A stretch of DNA of 64,000 bases from a virus. A program made the translations under genes and the position numbers. The DNA lies in IMG/VR virus record IMGVR_UViG_3300024981_000252. One strand, 5' to 3'. Below are positions 16,286 to 26,845 of this stretch, in pieces (the stretch's first letter is position 1; the number at the start of each line of letters is the position of its first letter). The notes below the pieces were generated by a model that did not search any database, was not told the origin of the DNA, and saw only the letters and a list, made by a program, of their open reading frames with translations.

Positions 16286-19096
16286 ATGGTTGATAAACAG
16301 GTCAATTTCGAGATCACCGCCGGTGACTCGAGCTTTCGCGCGACCATGGCGCGCGACCAGGCTGCGCTATCGGCAGTTGGCAACTCGGCCGCCGGCGTCA
16401 ACGCGGCGCTGGGTAAGCTGAGCGCCGGCGCGCGCAACAGCACCCAGACTTGGGCCGCGCACCGCAGCGAGATCAACGCTGTCTATGCGGCGATGGGTAA
16501 GACCCCGTCCAAGGAAGTGGTGGCCCAGCTCGACCAGATCGAGCGGAAGTTCAATAGCCTGGCCAGCACTGCGCAGAGTGGTAACCGTGTCGCCCAGACC
16601 GCCCTCCGTGGGTTGCTGGCCGAGTCCCGCAAAGCTGCGACCGCGGACGCCATGCCCGTACCGAAGGAGGACGGCGGCGGCGTCATGAGCCTGATACGCG
16701 GCCGGGCTGGCGCAGCTGCGGCTGCGCTCGGTGTGGTCAGCGTCGCGGCGGCTGGGATGATGATCGCATCCCGTACCCGCGAGCAGCTCGATTATGCGGA
16801 TGCGCTCGACGACATGGCGCAGCAGGCCGGCGTGGCAGCGAAAGATCTTTCGACGTTGACGTACGCCAGCCGCCTCGAGGGCATCGAGAACGAGGCGCTG
16901 ACGGCATCGCTGGGCAAGTTGTCGAGCCGAATGTTGGATGCCAGCACAGGGGGGAAGGAATCGGCCGCCGTTTTCAAGGCCTTAGGTATTGCGGTCAAAG
17001 ACCAGGACGGCAACCTGCGTAGTACGACAGATGTCCTCCTCGACATGTCCGATCGATTCGCAGCGATGCCGGATGGGCCCGAGAAAAGCGCGATGGCCAT
17101 GGAGGCATTCGGCAAGGCCGGGCAGGGTCTGATCCCCTTTCTGAATCACGGTCGCGAGGGTATCGAGGCCATGCGGGAGGAGGCCCGCAAGCTGGGTATG
17201 GAGTTGGACGATGAGACGGCCGCCGCCGCTGGCAACTTCAATGACAACCTGTTTCGCTTGCAGAGCGCGACCGATGGCGTTTTCAGGCGCCTGGCTGTGG
17301 GTCTCTTGCCCACGCTGAACATCGTCACGGACGCGATGGTCGAGAACGCGAAGGAGGGCGGAGCGCTCTCGTACGTGTTCAGCGGACTCGAGGCGGTATT
17401 CAGGGGCGTGGTCATCGTGGGCGGCGCGCTGTGGAACTCCATGAAGATCGTGGGGATTTCTGTGGTCGGTACCTCCCAGGCGATTGCGGCCGCTATCACG
17501 GGAAACTTCAGCAAGGCCCGCCAGGAGCTGCAGGAAACCGCGGAGCAAATCACCAAGACGCAGGAATCGTATGCAGAGTTCGCCCGCCGGGTGATCTCTG
17601 GGGAGCCGGCGTCATCGTCCTCGGCACCCGCGGGGGTGCGGCCGACTTTCACTCCCGACGTGGGCGCGCTCGGGGCGACCAAGGCCCAGAGCCGCGTGTC
17701 GCAGTGGGATGGGGAGCTGGATCAACTCAAGGTTGCCCACGAACGGCAGAACGCCGAGAACGGCACCTTCATCCAGTTCAGCTTGGAGGCCGAGCGTGAC
17801 TTCTGGTCGAAGAAACTCAACACCGTCAAGATGAGCGCGGAGGAGCGGCTCGCGGTCGAGAAGAAATACCTGGCCGCGTTGACGGGGCTCAACAAGGCGG
17901 CGTACGAAGCGCAGCAGGCTGACCAGAAGCGCCAGCTTGACGCCCTTGGCAAGAACTATGAGGCGCAACTGGTCCTGGCGCGCGAAATGGCGGAGAAGAC
18001 CAAGGCGCGGTTTGGGGGGGATTCCAAGGAATACCAGCAGTCCCGCCAGCAGATAGAGCAAATCGAGCGGTCGCACCAGGACCAGCTCGATCAGTTGCGG
18101 ATGCTCGGCTATGCGTCCGAGCGCGCTGCCGCAGATGCGGCGCTCAAGTCGGAAGAGCAGGACGCGCAGCTTTCGTATCAACTGGGCGCGATCAACAAAG
18201 AGCAGCTGCTGGCGCTGGAGATGGAATTTCTAGCGCGCCGCCACGAGCTCGATCGCCAGGCCTTGGAGCAGGGGCTGGCACTCGTCGATCCCGAGCGCGA
18301 CCCCGTTGCGTACAAGCAGCAGCTCGAGAAGCTACTCGAGTTGGACCGGAAGTTCGCACTAGAGAAAAAGGGCTTGCAAGGGCAACTTGCTGTTGAGCAG
18401 AACAACCCGTTGGCGAATGTCTTCGGCGCCGCTGGTCAGCAGTTCAACCAGGTGGCGAACGGAATTCTGAGCCGGGCTCAGACCTTGCGGCAGGGGCTGG
18501 CCTCGATCTATGGCGGCATCTATCAGAGTTTCATGTCGGAGATGGTGACCAAGCCTCTGGCGGGCGCTGCAATGCGGTATGCGCGTGAAACAGCGCTCTA
18601 TCAGGCCATCTTCGGGGTGCAGACCGCGAAACAGGTGGCTGCGTCTGCCGTCGTTACGAGCACCAAGGCCGCAGAGGCCGCAGTGGTGGTAAATGCGAAC
18701 GCGGCGGAGGCGGCTACCGGTGCAGCAGCCTCGCAAGCGGCCATCCCGGTAATCGGTCCAGGCTTGGCAGTGGGTGCTGCGGCCGCAATGCTGGCATTGG
18801 TGTTGGGTATGGGAGCAATCGCGTCGGCAGCCGGCGGATACGACATCCCGAGCGGTGTCAATCCGCTGGTCCAGGCTCACGCGAAGGAAATGATCTTGCC
18901 CGCGCGTTATGCCGACACCATCCGCGGCCTAGGGGACATGCCGGCCATCCTGCAGCAGGTTCTCGCGGCTCGAACCGGTGGCGATATCTACCACATCAGC
19001 GCCATGGACGGCCGCGACGTGGAGAGGGTCCTCAGGAAGAATGCTGGCGCGGTCGCGGGCGCGGTGAAGTTGCACAAGCGGAGGAACGGAGCATGA
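16286..19096 (+). CDS. Tail tape measure protein (936 aa)
   Basis: Long Ala-rich helical protein; C-terminal GGYDIPSGVNPLVQAHAKEMILPA. Confidence 0.92.
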   Translation: MVDKQVNFEITAGDSSFRATMARDQAALSAVGNSAAGVNAALGKLSAGARNSTQTWAAHRSEINAVYAAMGKTPSKEVVAQLDQIERKFNSLASTAQSGNRVAQTALRGLLAESRKAATADAMPVPKEDGGGVMSLIRGRAGAAAAALGVVSVAAAGMMIASRTREQLDYADALDDMAQQAGVAAKDLSTLTYASRLEGIENEALTASLGKLSSRMLDASTGGKESAAVFKALGIAVKDQDGNLRSTTDVLLDMSDRFAAMPDGPEKSAMAMEAFGKAGQGLIPFLNHGREGIEAMREEARKLGMELDDETAAAAGNFNDNLFRLQSATDGVFRRLAVGLLPTLNIVTDAMVENAKEGGALSYVFSGLEAVFRGVVIVGGALWNSMKIVGISVVGTSQAIAAAITGNFSKARQELQETAEQITKTQESYAEFARRVISGEPASSSSAPAGVRPTFTPDVGALGATKAQSRVSQWDGELDQLKVAHERQNAENGTFIQFSLEAERDFWSKKLNTVKMSAEERLAVEKKYLAALTGLNKAAYEAQQADQKRQLDALGKNYEAQLVLAREMAEKTKARFGGDSKEYQQSRQQIEQIERSHQDQLDQLRMLGYASERAAADAALKSEEQDAQLSYQLGAINKEQLLALEMEFLARRHELDRQALEQGLALVDPERDPVAYKQQLEKLLELDRKFALEKKGLQGQLAVEQNNPLANVFGAAGQQFNQVANGILSRAQTLRQGLASIYGGIYQSFMSEMVTKPLAGAAMRYARETALYQAIFGVQTAKQVAASAVVTSTKAAEAAVVVNANAAEAATGAAASQAAIPVIGPGLAVGAAAAMLALVLGMGAIASAAGGYDIPSGVNPLVQAHAKEMILPARYADTIRGLGDMPAILQQVLAARTGGDIYHISAMDGRDVERVLRKNAGAVAGAVKLHKRRNGA

Positions 19097-19734
19097 CGGC
19101 CCCGTATCTGCCGCAGCGGCACTACCTCACGAGCCCGGACCGGGCGGGCGTCGATGGCGTTCTGCCGGTATTCGCGGGCCAGAAGTTCCTCGCGAGGAAG
19201 GCGCCAGTGTGGAGCACCGAGGTTTTCACCAGCCGATCGGGACGCCGTTGGGCCTCCTCGAATTGGCTGTATCCGATATGGCGGTGGGCGATCCCATACG
19301 AGTTCCTGCGGCGGCTGCCGGCGCGCAATGAGCTCGGGCGCCTGTATGCCTTCTTCAATCAACGGTATGGGCGCGCGGCGGAATTCCTGTACCTCGATCC
19401 GGACGATAACGCGGTCGTGGATGAACCGATCGGGCTAGGCGACGGCGCCACCACGGTCTTCCAGCTGACGCGCAGCCTGGAAGGGTGGGTGGAGCCGGTT
19501 ACAGCGTTGAACGGCGTGCCGGTCATCTTGGTCGACGGTGTGCAGACGTCTGCAGTGACGGTCAGCGACCACGGCGTGGTCACGTTTGCCGTCCCGCCGT
19601 CTGCCGGCGCCCGGGTTTCCTGGACGGGAGGATACCTATTTCGCTGCGTGTTCACGGCCGATTCCATCGAGCCTGCGCAGGCGTTTCGCAGCGTGTGGAC
19701 GCTGTCCCAGCTTGAGTTCGAGACCTTCAAATGA
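19093..19734 (+). CDS. Distal tail protein, DUF2460 family
   Basis: KAPVWST...SGR...FLYLDPDD...IGLGDGATTVFQL. Confidence 0.85.
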   Translation: MTAPYLPQRHYLTSPDRAGVDGVLPVFAGQKFLARKAPVWSTEVFTSRSGRRWASSNWLYPIWRWAIPYEFLRRLPARNELGRLYAFFNQRYGRAAEFLYLDPDDNAVVDEPIGLGDGATTVFQLTRSLEGWVEPVTALNGVPVILVDGVQTSAVTVSDHGVVTFAVPPSAGARVSWTGGYLFRCVFTADSIEPAQAFRSVWTLSQLEFETFK

Positions 19735-20588
19735 TCGAGCTATCTCCCGAGCTCCGGGCCTTCCTGAGGTCCAGCCGGAGCTTTCGTATGGCGGATCTCT
19801 ACACCTTTACGCTGACGGATGGGTCCGGGCTCCAGTGGACGGATTCCGATCGCACCATCCGTGTCGGAGACCGGGTGTTCCTGGCAAATGGGGCGCTGAT
19901 CGAGCGTACCGGTATCAAGCTGACCCGTGGCATCGAAACCCGGACGCTCAGCGTAACGCTGACGCCGACCGCCGACGTCACGGTTGCCGGGCGCGCCCTG
20001 GCGCCGTTCGTCGTTCGCGGTGGCTTCGATGGTGCCGACGTGTTGCTCGAGCGGGCGTTCCTGACGCTGGCGGGCGACCTGGTGGGGACGGTGGTGCGCT
20101 TCCGCGGCCGGGTGGGGCCGATCGATGACGCGACAGCCGACGAAATTCCGCTGACGGTGGTCAGCCGCACGCACGTCCTGGATACCGCCATGCCGGCGGA
20201 CCTGTACCAGCGGGGATGCCTCAACACCCTGTTCGATCACGCATGCGGGCTGAACCGAGCCGACTTTGCGGTCGACGGTGTGGTGATGGGAACGCCCACC
20301 GATCGGGCGTTCGGCACGGACCTGGCCGCAGGGGCGGGCTATTTCACCCTGGGCCGGATCCTGATCGGCGGCGTGCTGCGCAGCATTCGGACGCACGAGG
20401 CGGGCGGCCACCTGACTCTGTCGCTACCCCTGCCGGCGGTGCCGTCCGCTGGTACGCCGTTCATTGCCTGGCCGGGCTGCGATGGGCAGCAGGCCACGTG
20501 CGAGAACAAGTTCAACAACAACCGGGGATCCGGGCGCAATCGCTTTCGCGGTCAGCCCTACATCCCTGTCGTGGAGACCGCTGTATGA
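19731..20588 (+). CDS. Baseplate hub-like protein (DUF2163/BR0599)
   Basis: ADLYTFTLTDG...WTDSD; GCLNTLFDHACG; PGCDG...C.NKFNN...FRGQPYIP. Confidence 0.88.
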   Translation: MIELSPELRAFLRSSRSFRMADLYTFTLTDGSGLQWTDSDRTIRVGDRVFLANGALIERTGIKLTRGIETRTLSVTLTPTADVTVAGRALAPFVVRGGFDGADVLLERAFLTLAGDLVGTVVRFRGRVGPIDDATADEIPLTVVSRTHVLDTAMPADLYQRGCLNTLFDHACGLNRADFAVDGVVMGTPTDRAFGTDLAAGAGYFTLGRILIGGVLRSIRTHEAGGHLTLSLPLPAVPSAGTPFIAWPGCDGQQATCENKFNNNRGSGRNRFRGQPYIPVVETAV

Positions 20589-21049
20589 ACGCGATCGCCT
20601 ACCTGGCCGAACACGCGTCGGAGGCCGAGGTGCGCGCCGCCATCGTGGCCGAGGCCCACCTGTGGCTGCGAACCCCGTATCACCATCGCGGCCGCGTACG
20701 GGGTGTCGGGGTGGACTGCGCGATGTTGCTGGCCGAGGTGTACGAGCGTGTCGGCCTCGTCCCGCACATCGATGCGGAGTATGTGCCGGACTGGCACATG
20801 CACCGGGATCGGGAGCGGTATCTCGAGTTCCTCGAGCGGTACGCCGACGAAGTGCCCGTGCCAGCGCCGGGCGACGCGGCGGTCTGGCGGTTCGGGCGGA
20901 CGTTCTCCCATGGCGCGATCGTGATCGACGGCCACCAGGTCATCCATGCCCATCGCGGTCGGCCCGTGGAGATCGCGAGCATGGAGGAGACGTATCTGGC
21001 TTCGCGTCCCGTGCGGTTCTTCTCGCTCTGGAGCCGCCATGGGTGGTAG
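20585..21049 (+). CDS. NlpC/P60 tail-associated peptidase
   Basis: WLRTPYHHRGRVRGVGVDCAML...SHGAIV...IHA. Confidence 0.9.
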   Translation: MNAIAYLAEHASEAEVRAAIVAEAHLWLRTPYHHRGRVRGVGVDCAMLLAEVYERVGLVPHIDAEYVPDWHMHRDRERYLEFLERYADEVPVPAPGDAAVWRFGRTFSHGAIVIDGHQVIHAHRGRPVEIASMEETYLASRPVRFFSLWSRHGW

Positions 21050-23552
21050 CTCGACCATCTCGACCGTCGATCCGAAGATCGGCGGATTCGCGATCCAGAA
21101 ATCCGCCCTGGGTATTGCGATCGCGCGGTGCTGGGGGACCGTGCGTTTCGGCGGGAACCTGCTGTCCTATCTGAATTTCCAGGCCATCGAGAACAAGACG
21201 GAGCAATCCGCCGGCGGCAAGGGTGGGGACGTTACCCAGACGAACATCGCCTGGACGTACCGTGCCGCCGTCATGATCGGCCTGTGTGCGGGCCCGATCG
21301 CGGGGATTCGGGCGGTCTATCGCGACAAAGCGGTGTTCAACGATAGCGAGGCCGAGGGCTCCGCATTGGCCCAAGCGGGGCTGAGCCTGGCGATCGGCCA
21401 TCTTGGGCAGGCGCCATGGGGCTATCTCGTCACGAACTACCTGGACCAGGCGATCGGCTATTCGGGGCTGGCCTACGCCTATGCTGCCGACTATCAGCTC
21501 AACAGCAATGCAGGCCTGCAGAATCACACGTTCGAGGTTCAGAGCCTGATCCGGGTCGAAGGAAAGGACGATGCGAATCCCGCCGACATCGTCGACGACT
21601 TTCTAAACCATCCGGTCGCCGGCGTCCCCGGGTGGGGTGCGGACTGGCTGGAGGACCTGACGGACTACCGGACGTACTGCCTGGCCGCCGGGCTGCTGCT
21701 GTCTCCCGTTCTGACCGAGCAACGCTCTGGCGCGGAATTCCTCTCGGAGATCGCTTCGGCGTCCAACTCGGAAATCGTCGAGAGCGCGGGGCGCCTGCGG
21801 TTCGTGCCCTACGGGGATGCGGCCTTGTCGGGAAATGGCGCCACGTGGGCACCCGACATGACGCCCCTTTACGACCTGGGGGCGGACGATTTCGAGTCTC
21901 GTTTGAGACTGTCTCGCAAGGATCCGGCCGATGTCTACAACTGTACCCAGGTCGAATTCTGGAACCGGCAGAACCAATACAACCCGGAGACCATGCCGGC
22001 GCCCGATGCTGCGCACATCGAACAGTACGGGCTACGGAAAGAGGATCCGGTCGCGTTGCATTGCATCTGCGATCCCGCGGTGGCCAGGCTGGTGGCGCAG
22101 CTTCGGCTTCAACGCAATTTGACCGGGCAGAACACCTATGTTGGGGTGCTGCCCTGGAACTACGTCGACCTCGAACCGATGGACCTGGTCACGCTGACCG
22201 AGGAGGAACTCGGTCTCGACCGCCAGCTCGCGCGGGTGATCGAGGTCGACGAGGACGGCGATGGGCTCCTGCAGGTCACATTCGAGGAGCTCGACGTCGG
22301 AGCGGCCAGTGCGGCGCTGTATCCGTCCCAGGGTGGGGCCGGTGGTTCGGTGAACTGGCAGGCGGCGCCCGGCAGCATATCGATTCCGGCGCTCTTCAAT
22401 CCGCCCGAGTCGCTGCTGGGCGGGACGCTGCAGGTGTGGGCGGCTGTGGCAGGCCTCTCGCCGAACTGGGGCGGCTGCGATGTATGGGCGAGCGCGGACG
22501 GAGATACGTACAAACGGATCGGCACGATCAACGGGCGGGCCCGGTACGGCGTAACCACGACATCCCTGCCGGCGGGCGCGGATCCGGACACGAGCCATAG
22601 CGTTGGCGTCGATCTATCGGCATCCGGAGGAATCCTGCAGAGTGCCACCGCGGCCGAAGCCGAGGCCGCATTGACGTTGTGCTGGGTCGGCGGCGAGCTG
22701 ATCGCCTATCGCGACGCGACGCTGACGGCGGCGAGTCGGTACACGCTGGGAGGCTACCTGCGTCGGGGGCTCTATGGGACGCCATCGACCAGCCACGCGG
22801 CTGGAACGTCGTTCGTGCGGCTGGATGCTTCTCTATTCCGGTTCGACTTCCTACCGGAGCAGGTCGGCACATCCATCTTCGTCAAATTCGCTAGCTTCAA
22901 CGTGTTCGGCAAGGCTGGACAGCCAATCGATGGGCTGCCGGCGTACGAGGTGACCCTGTCGGCGCAGAGGGCGGCACCTGGTCCCGCGCACGACCTGGCG
23001 CTGCAGGCGCCGTTCGAGGGCACGTATTTCACGGTGACGTGGGTGGCGGGGGAGCGAACCGAGCACTCGCGCGTGCGGGTGCTGGACGGCGCGACGGTGC
23101 TGCGGGAGATCCAGACGACGGCCACGGCGTTCACCTATCAGCTCGAGGACGCCGAGGCCGATGCCGTGGTCAAGCGGGACTACATCGTTCAGGTGGTGGC
23201 CAGCAACGCCGCCGGCGACGCGACGCCGGTTTCCCTGGCGGTCCACAACTCGGCACCGGCGGCGGTGACAGGAATCACGGCGACGCCCGGTACCGGGCAG
23301 GTGGTCGTCGACTGGCCGCAGAGTCCCGAGGTGGATCGCGCGGGCTACTACGTCTACTACAGCAGCACGTCGGGATTCGATCCGACCGAAGGGGAGGGCG
23401 TGCAGGCGTATGACGGGTCGGCGCTGACGGCGACGATCACTGGGTTGGCATCGGGCAACACGTACTACGGCCGCGTCGCGGCCTACGACACCTGGTCGAA
23501 AGATCCTTCCGAGCTGTATTTCAGCGCGGAGTTTTCGTTCGAACCGGATTGA
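21039..23552 (+). CDS. Central tail tip/fibre protein with C-terminal FN3 domain (837 aa)
   Basis: Phage-tail_3-like region (LEPMDLVTL); FN3-like ITATPGTGQVVVDW...YYVYYS...LASGNTYYGRVAAYD. Confidence 0.85.
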   Translation: MGGSSTISTVDPKIGGFAIQKSALGIAIARCWGTVRFGGNLLSYLNFQAIENKTEQSAGGKGGDVTQTNIAWTYRAAVMIGLCAGPIAGIRAVYRDKAVFNDSEAEGSALAQAGLSLAIGHLGQAPWGYLVTNYLDQAIGYSGLAYAYAADYQLNSNAGLQNHTFEVQSLIRVEGKDDANPADIVDDFLNHPVAGVPGWGADWLEDLTDYRTYCLAAGLLLSPVLTEQRSGAEFLSEIASASNSEIVESAGRLRFVPYGDAALSGNGATWAPDMTPLYDLGADDFESRLRLSRKDPADVYNCTQVEFWNRQNQYNPETMPAPDAAHIEQYGLRKEDPVALHCICDPAVARLVAQLRLQRNLTGQNTYVGVLPWNYVDLEPMDLVTLTEEELGLDRQLARVIEVDEDGDGLLQVTFEELDVGAASAALYPSQGGAGGSVNWQAAPGSISIPALFNPPESLLGGTLQVWAAVAGLSPNWGGCDVWASADGDTYKRIGTINGRARYGVTTTSLPAGADPDTSHSVGVDLSASGGILQSATAAEAEAALTLCWVGGELIAYRDATLTAASRYTLGGYLRRGLYGTPSTSHAAGTSFVRLDASLFRFDFLPEQVGTSIFVKFASFNVFGKAGQPIDGLPAYEVTLSAQRAAPGPAHDLALQAPFEGTYFTVTWVAGERTEHSRVRVLDGATVLREIQTTATAFTYQLEDAEADAVVKRDYIVQVVASNAAGDATPVSLAVHNSAPAAVTGITATPGTGQVVVDWPQSPEVDRAGYYVYYSSTSGFDPTEGEGVQAYDGSALTATITGLASGNTYYGRVAAYDTWSKDPSELYFSAEFSFEPD

Positions 23553-23566
23553 TTGGGGAAACGGGA

Positions 23567-25261
23567 ATGCAATATCAAGAGTTTTATGCGGTGCATGCGG
23601 ATACGGGGAAGGTTCTGCCCAACGCTACCGTGGTTATCAGGGCGTCGGGCTCGGATGCGTTTGCCTCGATTTTCGATGCTAATGGCGTCGCGATCCAAAA
23701 TCCTACTCGAGCCGATAGTGTCGGGCATGTGGGATTCATGGTGGCAGACGGCGAGTACGACATTCAGTTTCAACTCGGCCCGTACACGGCACCGCCGATC
23801 ACGAAGATTCTATTCTTCGACCCCGTCCAACTGATCGATAGCGCGACCGGGCTGGTGGCGCAAGTCTCCGGCCAGGTCGAGGCGGTTCAAGCCATCGCGA
23901 ACCAGGAAGGTGCTTTCAGGGCGTCGACGTTGGCGGCGGCCATCAGTGCGGGCGTGGGCGCAACGAATGAGGGTGACACGTTTTCGGCGACTGGCGATGA
24001 CGTCGACTACATCGGCGTCTACCGGCACGATGCGGGGCCCCTGTCCACGGAAATATATCGCGGACCGAAGGCAGAGGCTGTCAAGGCGGCCGCGAATCTT
24101 GCATTGCAGGTCAATCGCGCGACTGCGGCCAAATTCGACAATCCCAACTGGTTCACCGGGAAGCAAGTTACTGGAGAAGACCTGACGGTATGGACTTATC
24201 CTCCGCAAAGCACTGTCAGTAGAGTGGTGCACCGTGGGGAACACTGCATCCGCGTGGCGGGCGGCTCGGCATGGGTATCCATCCCACGGGCCCACTTCGA
24301 GGAATCGAAGATGGTTTCCGTTGGGATGCTGGTGAAGAAATGGTCGGGTCTCACCTCGAATTCGAACAACTCGTCATTTCGCTGTTGGCAGAAAGACAGC
24401 TCGGGGACCGTCATCGCCGGTACGGAATACATCTGGCAATTTCCCAGTGCGGATTTCGATGGAGATACGTCCCTTCCCATCGAAGGGAAGCCGTTGCATG
24501 TGAATTGTGTGAGCGTGGAGTATCGTCCACAGGCGTCGGCGAATGCCGGGACCGGCGAGATCTTGTTCGCGGCCCCGGTCGCCTGCGGTGGTCCCAGCGC
24601 TCTTTACCGAGACTCTCCCGCCACTATCCCGCCGGAGGTGCTCAAGAGGCAAGATCTGAACTTAGAGATTACGCCAAACCTGGCTAAGCCTGCCTATTTG
24701 CTGAAGGACATCTACGTTACCGACACGGGCAGCCTGAACTCCATCCCAGGATGGCGCTGCTATCGCATTCCCGTGGTTGCAGGTCAGAAGTACACCTTTG
24801 GCAATTTTTCGATCGTCGGCCTCGGCTATTACGCGTTTCGCACCGACAGCACCGTGGAGCAGAACGGCTCGTTCAATACGAGCGGCTTGCCAGTTACCGT
24901 AACGGCGCCGGCCGGGGCAATATGGTTGTATATCGACGTCGCCAGACCGAGCAACTCAGACTTGGACTGGGTGAAAACTATTATTTGTCTCGGCGACACA
25001 CTAATCCCTTATGTCCCAGGCGAGGACACCGTCAAGGGAATCGGCGGCTATCCGGTCGCGGGCGACATCGATACGACCGGGTTAGCTCGGCTCGGCGACG
25101 ACGCGAACTTCGACAAGCTGACTTCATCATCTTTCATTACGGGAACCCTGATTCTCAACCTGCCTTCGGGCAGCACGCGCCCCCCTGAGGTGGACCCGAA
25201 TGAGGCATGGCTGGACACGAGCGGTGCTGGCGATCCGTTCATCCGCGTGAGGGTTCCATGA
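23567..25261 (+). CDS. Tail fibre/receptor-binding protein (564 aa)
   Basis: N-terminal anchor (NPTRADSVGHVGFMVADGEYDI), then beta-rich, carbohydrate-binding-like lower-GC domains. Confidence 0.7.
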   Translation: MQYQEFYAVHADTGKVLPNATVVIRASGSDAFASIFDANGVAIQNPTRADSVGHVGFMVADGEYDIQFQLGPYTAPPITKILFFDPVQLIDSATGLVAQVSGQVEAVQAIANQEGAFRASTLAAAISAGVGATNEGDTFSATGDDVDYIGVYRHDAGPLSTEIYRGPKAEAVKAAANLALQVNRATAAKFDNPNWFTGKQVTGEDLTVWTYPPQSTVSRVVHRGEHCIRVAGGSAWVSIPRAHFEESKMVSVGMLVKKWSGLTSNSNNSSFRCWQKDSSGTVIAGTEYIWQFPSADFDGDTSLPIEGKPLHVNCVSVEYRPQASANAGTGEILFAAPVACGGPSALYRDSPATIPPEVLKRQDLNLEITPNLAKPAYLLKDIYVTDTGSLNSIPGWRCYRIPVVAGQKYTFGNFSIVGLGYYAFRTDSTVEQNGSFNTSGLPVTVTAPAGAIWLYIDVARPSNSDLDWVKTIICLGDTLIPYVPGEDTVKGIGGYPVAGDIDTTGLARLGDDANFDKLTSSSFITGTLILNLPSGSTRPPEVDPNEAWLDTSGAGDPFIRVRVP

Positions 25262-26781
25262 CGACAGTTATCTTGTTCCCCGCCAACAGGCTGGGCGCGA
25301 CGGTGTGCCCGATCTTCAACGGACATACGGCTATCGTCAGTTCGAACACGGACAGATTGATCGATGGCAAATATGATGCGGCGGAGCTCGCCTTATTCAG
25401 GCACAACTGTCAAGGCACGTCATTTTTGAACCCGCTCGGTGTGGACTCCGGCGAGAACGCCAACTATGGTCCGACGATCATCGCAGTCAGCGGCACGGGC
25501 AGGATTTCATTCGGTCTCTACTATCGCACGGACAGGTGGGTCAATCCGAACACCGGCAGTGCCGAGGCAATCCCCGATTACAACCTCGCTACGTGGACTA
25601 CTGCCGGTGTGGCGGCGTTCTCGGGCGCGACGCTCAGCGGCGCAAAGCCATCGCGCTATCCGAATCACGGCCAGCAGATGTTCGACATCAGCGGTGGCGC
25701 ATATGGATACGACGTGGCCACGAAGACATTTGGGGCATCGGGAGGAACCGAGACGTTCGCGCACACGCAGCGCCAGCTCGACTATTTCGAATCGATCGCT
25801 GGCATTCGGATTTCGTCAGCGTCGTATGCGAACGGCCGCAATGAAGCGGCGCGCCTGTTGATTCCCCATCTACTCGGCGTGCGCAACTCATCGTACAGCT
25901 ACAGCGGAACGGGCCTGATCAGCTATGACGGCCTGTCGCGTCTCGATCTAATGGACCGGCGCAGCACGACACGAGCCTGGGACGCTGTAAATGCCGGCGA
26001 TTTCCCGGACGTGGCCGCCTCTATGGCTTACGTGCAGAGCCAGGTCCGGGCTGCCATCGCGGCAAACGGTTGGTACACCGACTTTGTTCACTGGCACTCG
26101 GTGTATGACCGTACGCCGGCGGGCCCGATGGATGCGCGCTATTTCGACACGTTCTACGGCGCAGTTGATGAGGCCATAGACAGTGCGGACGTATGGCGAG
26201 CAGGAAACAACGAGGCGGCCGAATATTACTGGCTGCGGGGCGCTATCAACAAACTTGGGAGCTACGTCGACAACGATGGCTCGGTGCGTATCGCCGCGAG
26301 ATTCGCTGACCACAACACCGCCCATACCGATGGTATCCCGAACACGCTGCCGGCGTCGCGTATCCAGACGCCCATATCGATCCGGATCGACCTCGCTGGA
26401 ACGCCGCTTGCCGGCCAAAACATCACGTGCGAACAGGCTCAGTCCATCCGCAGTCTGGGTAGCGATCAGTGGATCGTCAACATTCGAGCTCGAGAATTCG
26501 GAAACGGTTACTACGGTGCAGTTCTGCGCCCCGGCTCTGGGAACTACTACAGCGCAGCCAGGCCGATTCTGACCGCCTCGGGCAGCACAGTCGTTGCTGA
26601 CCAGCCTTGCAAATTCGTGGTGTGGCGTAAGCCGTACGGCGGAGCAGCTTCATCTGTCGACATGGTTTCGCGAACGGTGGAGTTTGCATTCTCGGTGCAA
26701 GTTGCTGCAGTGGACGGCTACGACTACTACGTGGGAGCGATTACCCGAAGCAGAATGAGCAGCGTATTGGATCTGACGTAG
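25258..26781 (+). CDS. Tail-module protein with a putative polysaccharide deacetylase (NodB-like) barrel (507 aa)
   Basis: SASYANG (FxYPxG-like), GWYTDFVHWH, DVWRAGNNEAAEY; ATGA-coupled to the fibre gene. The canonical TFDDG motif was not seen. Confidence 0.5.
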   Translation: MTTVILFPANRLGATVCPIFNGHTAIVSSNTDRLIDGKYDAAELALFRHNCQGTSFLNPLGVDSGENANYGPTIIAVSGTGRISFGLYYRTDRWVNPNTGSAEAIPDYNLATWTTAGVAAFSGATLSGAKPSRYPNHGQQMFDISGGAYGYDVATKTFGASGGTETFAHTQRQLDYFESIAGIRISSASYANGRNEAARLLIPHLLGVRNSSYSYSGTGLISYDGLSRLDLMDRRSTTRAWDAVNAGDFPDVAASMAYVQSQVRAAIAANGWYTDFVHWHSVYDRTPAGPMDARYFDTFYGAVDEAIDSADVWRAGNNEAAEYYWLRGAINKLGSYVDNDGSVRIAARFADHNTAHTDGIPNTLPASRIQTPISIRIDLAGTPLAGQNITCEQAQSIRSLGSDQWIVNIRAREFGNGYYGAVLRPGSGNYYSAARPILTASGSTVVADQPCKFVVWRKPYGGAASSVDMVSRTVEFAFSVQVAAVDGYDYYVGAITRSRMSSVLDLT

Positions 26782-26803
26782 TTCTTGACTGCGATCTTTC
26801 CGC

Positions 26804-26827
26804 GCCCGCCTTGAGCGGGCTTTTTTT
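26804..26827 (+). terminator. Intrinsic terminator before the lysis cassette
   Basis: GCCCGC-CTTGA-GCGGGC followed by T7. Confidence 0.8.
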
Positions 26828-26845
26828 CGCCCACAGGAGGGGCAA

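Noticed and set aside
23567-26781. Diversity-generating retroelement acting on the tail fibre
   Set aside because: No reverse transcriptase gene and no TR/VR repeat pair seen.
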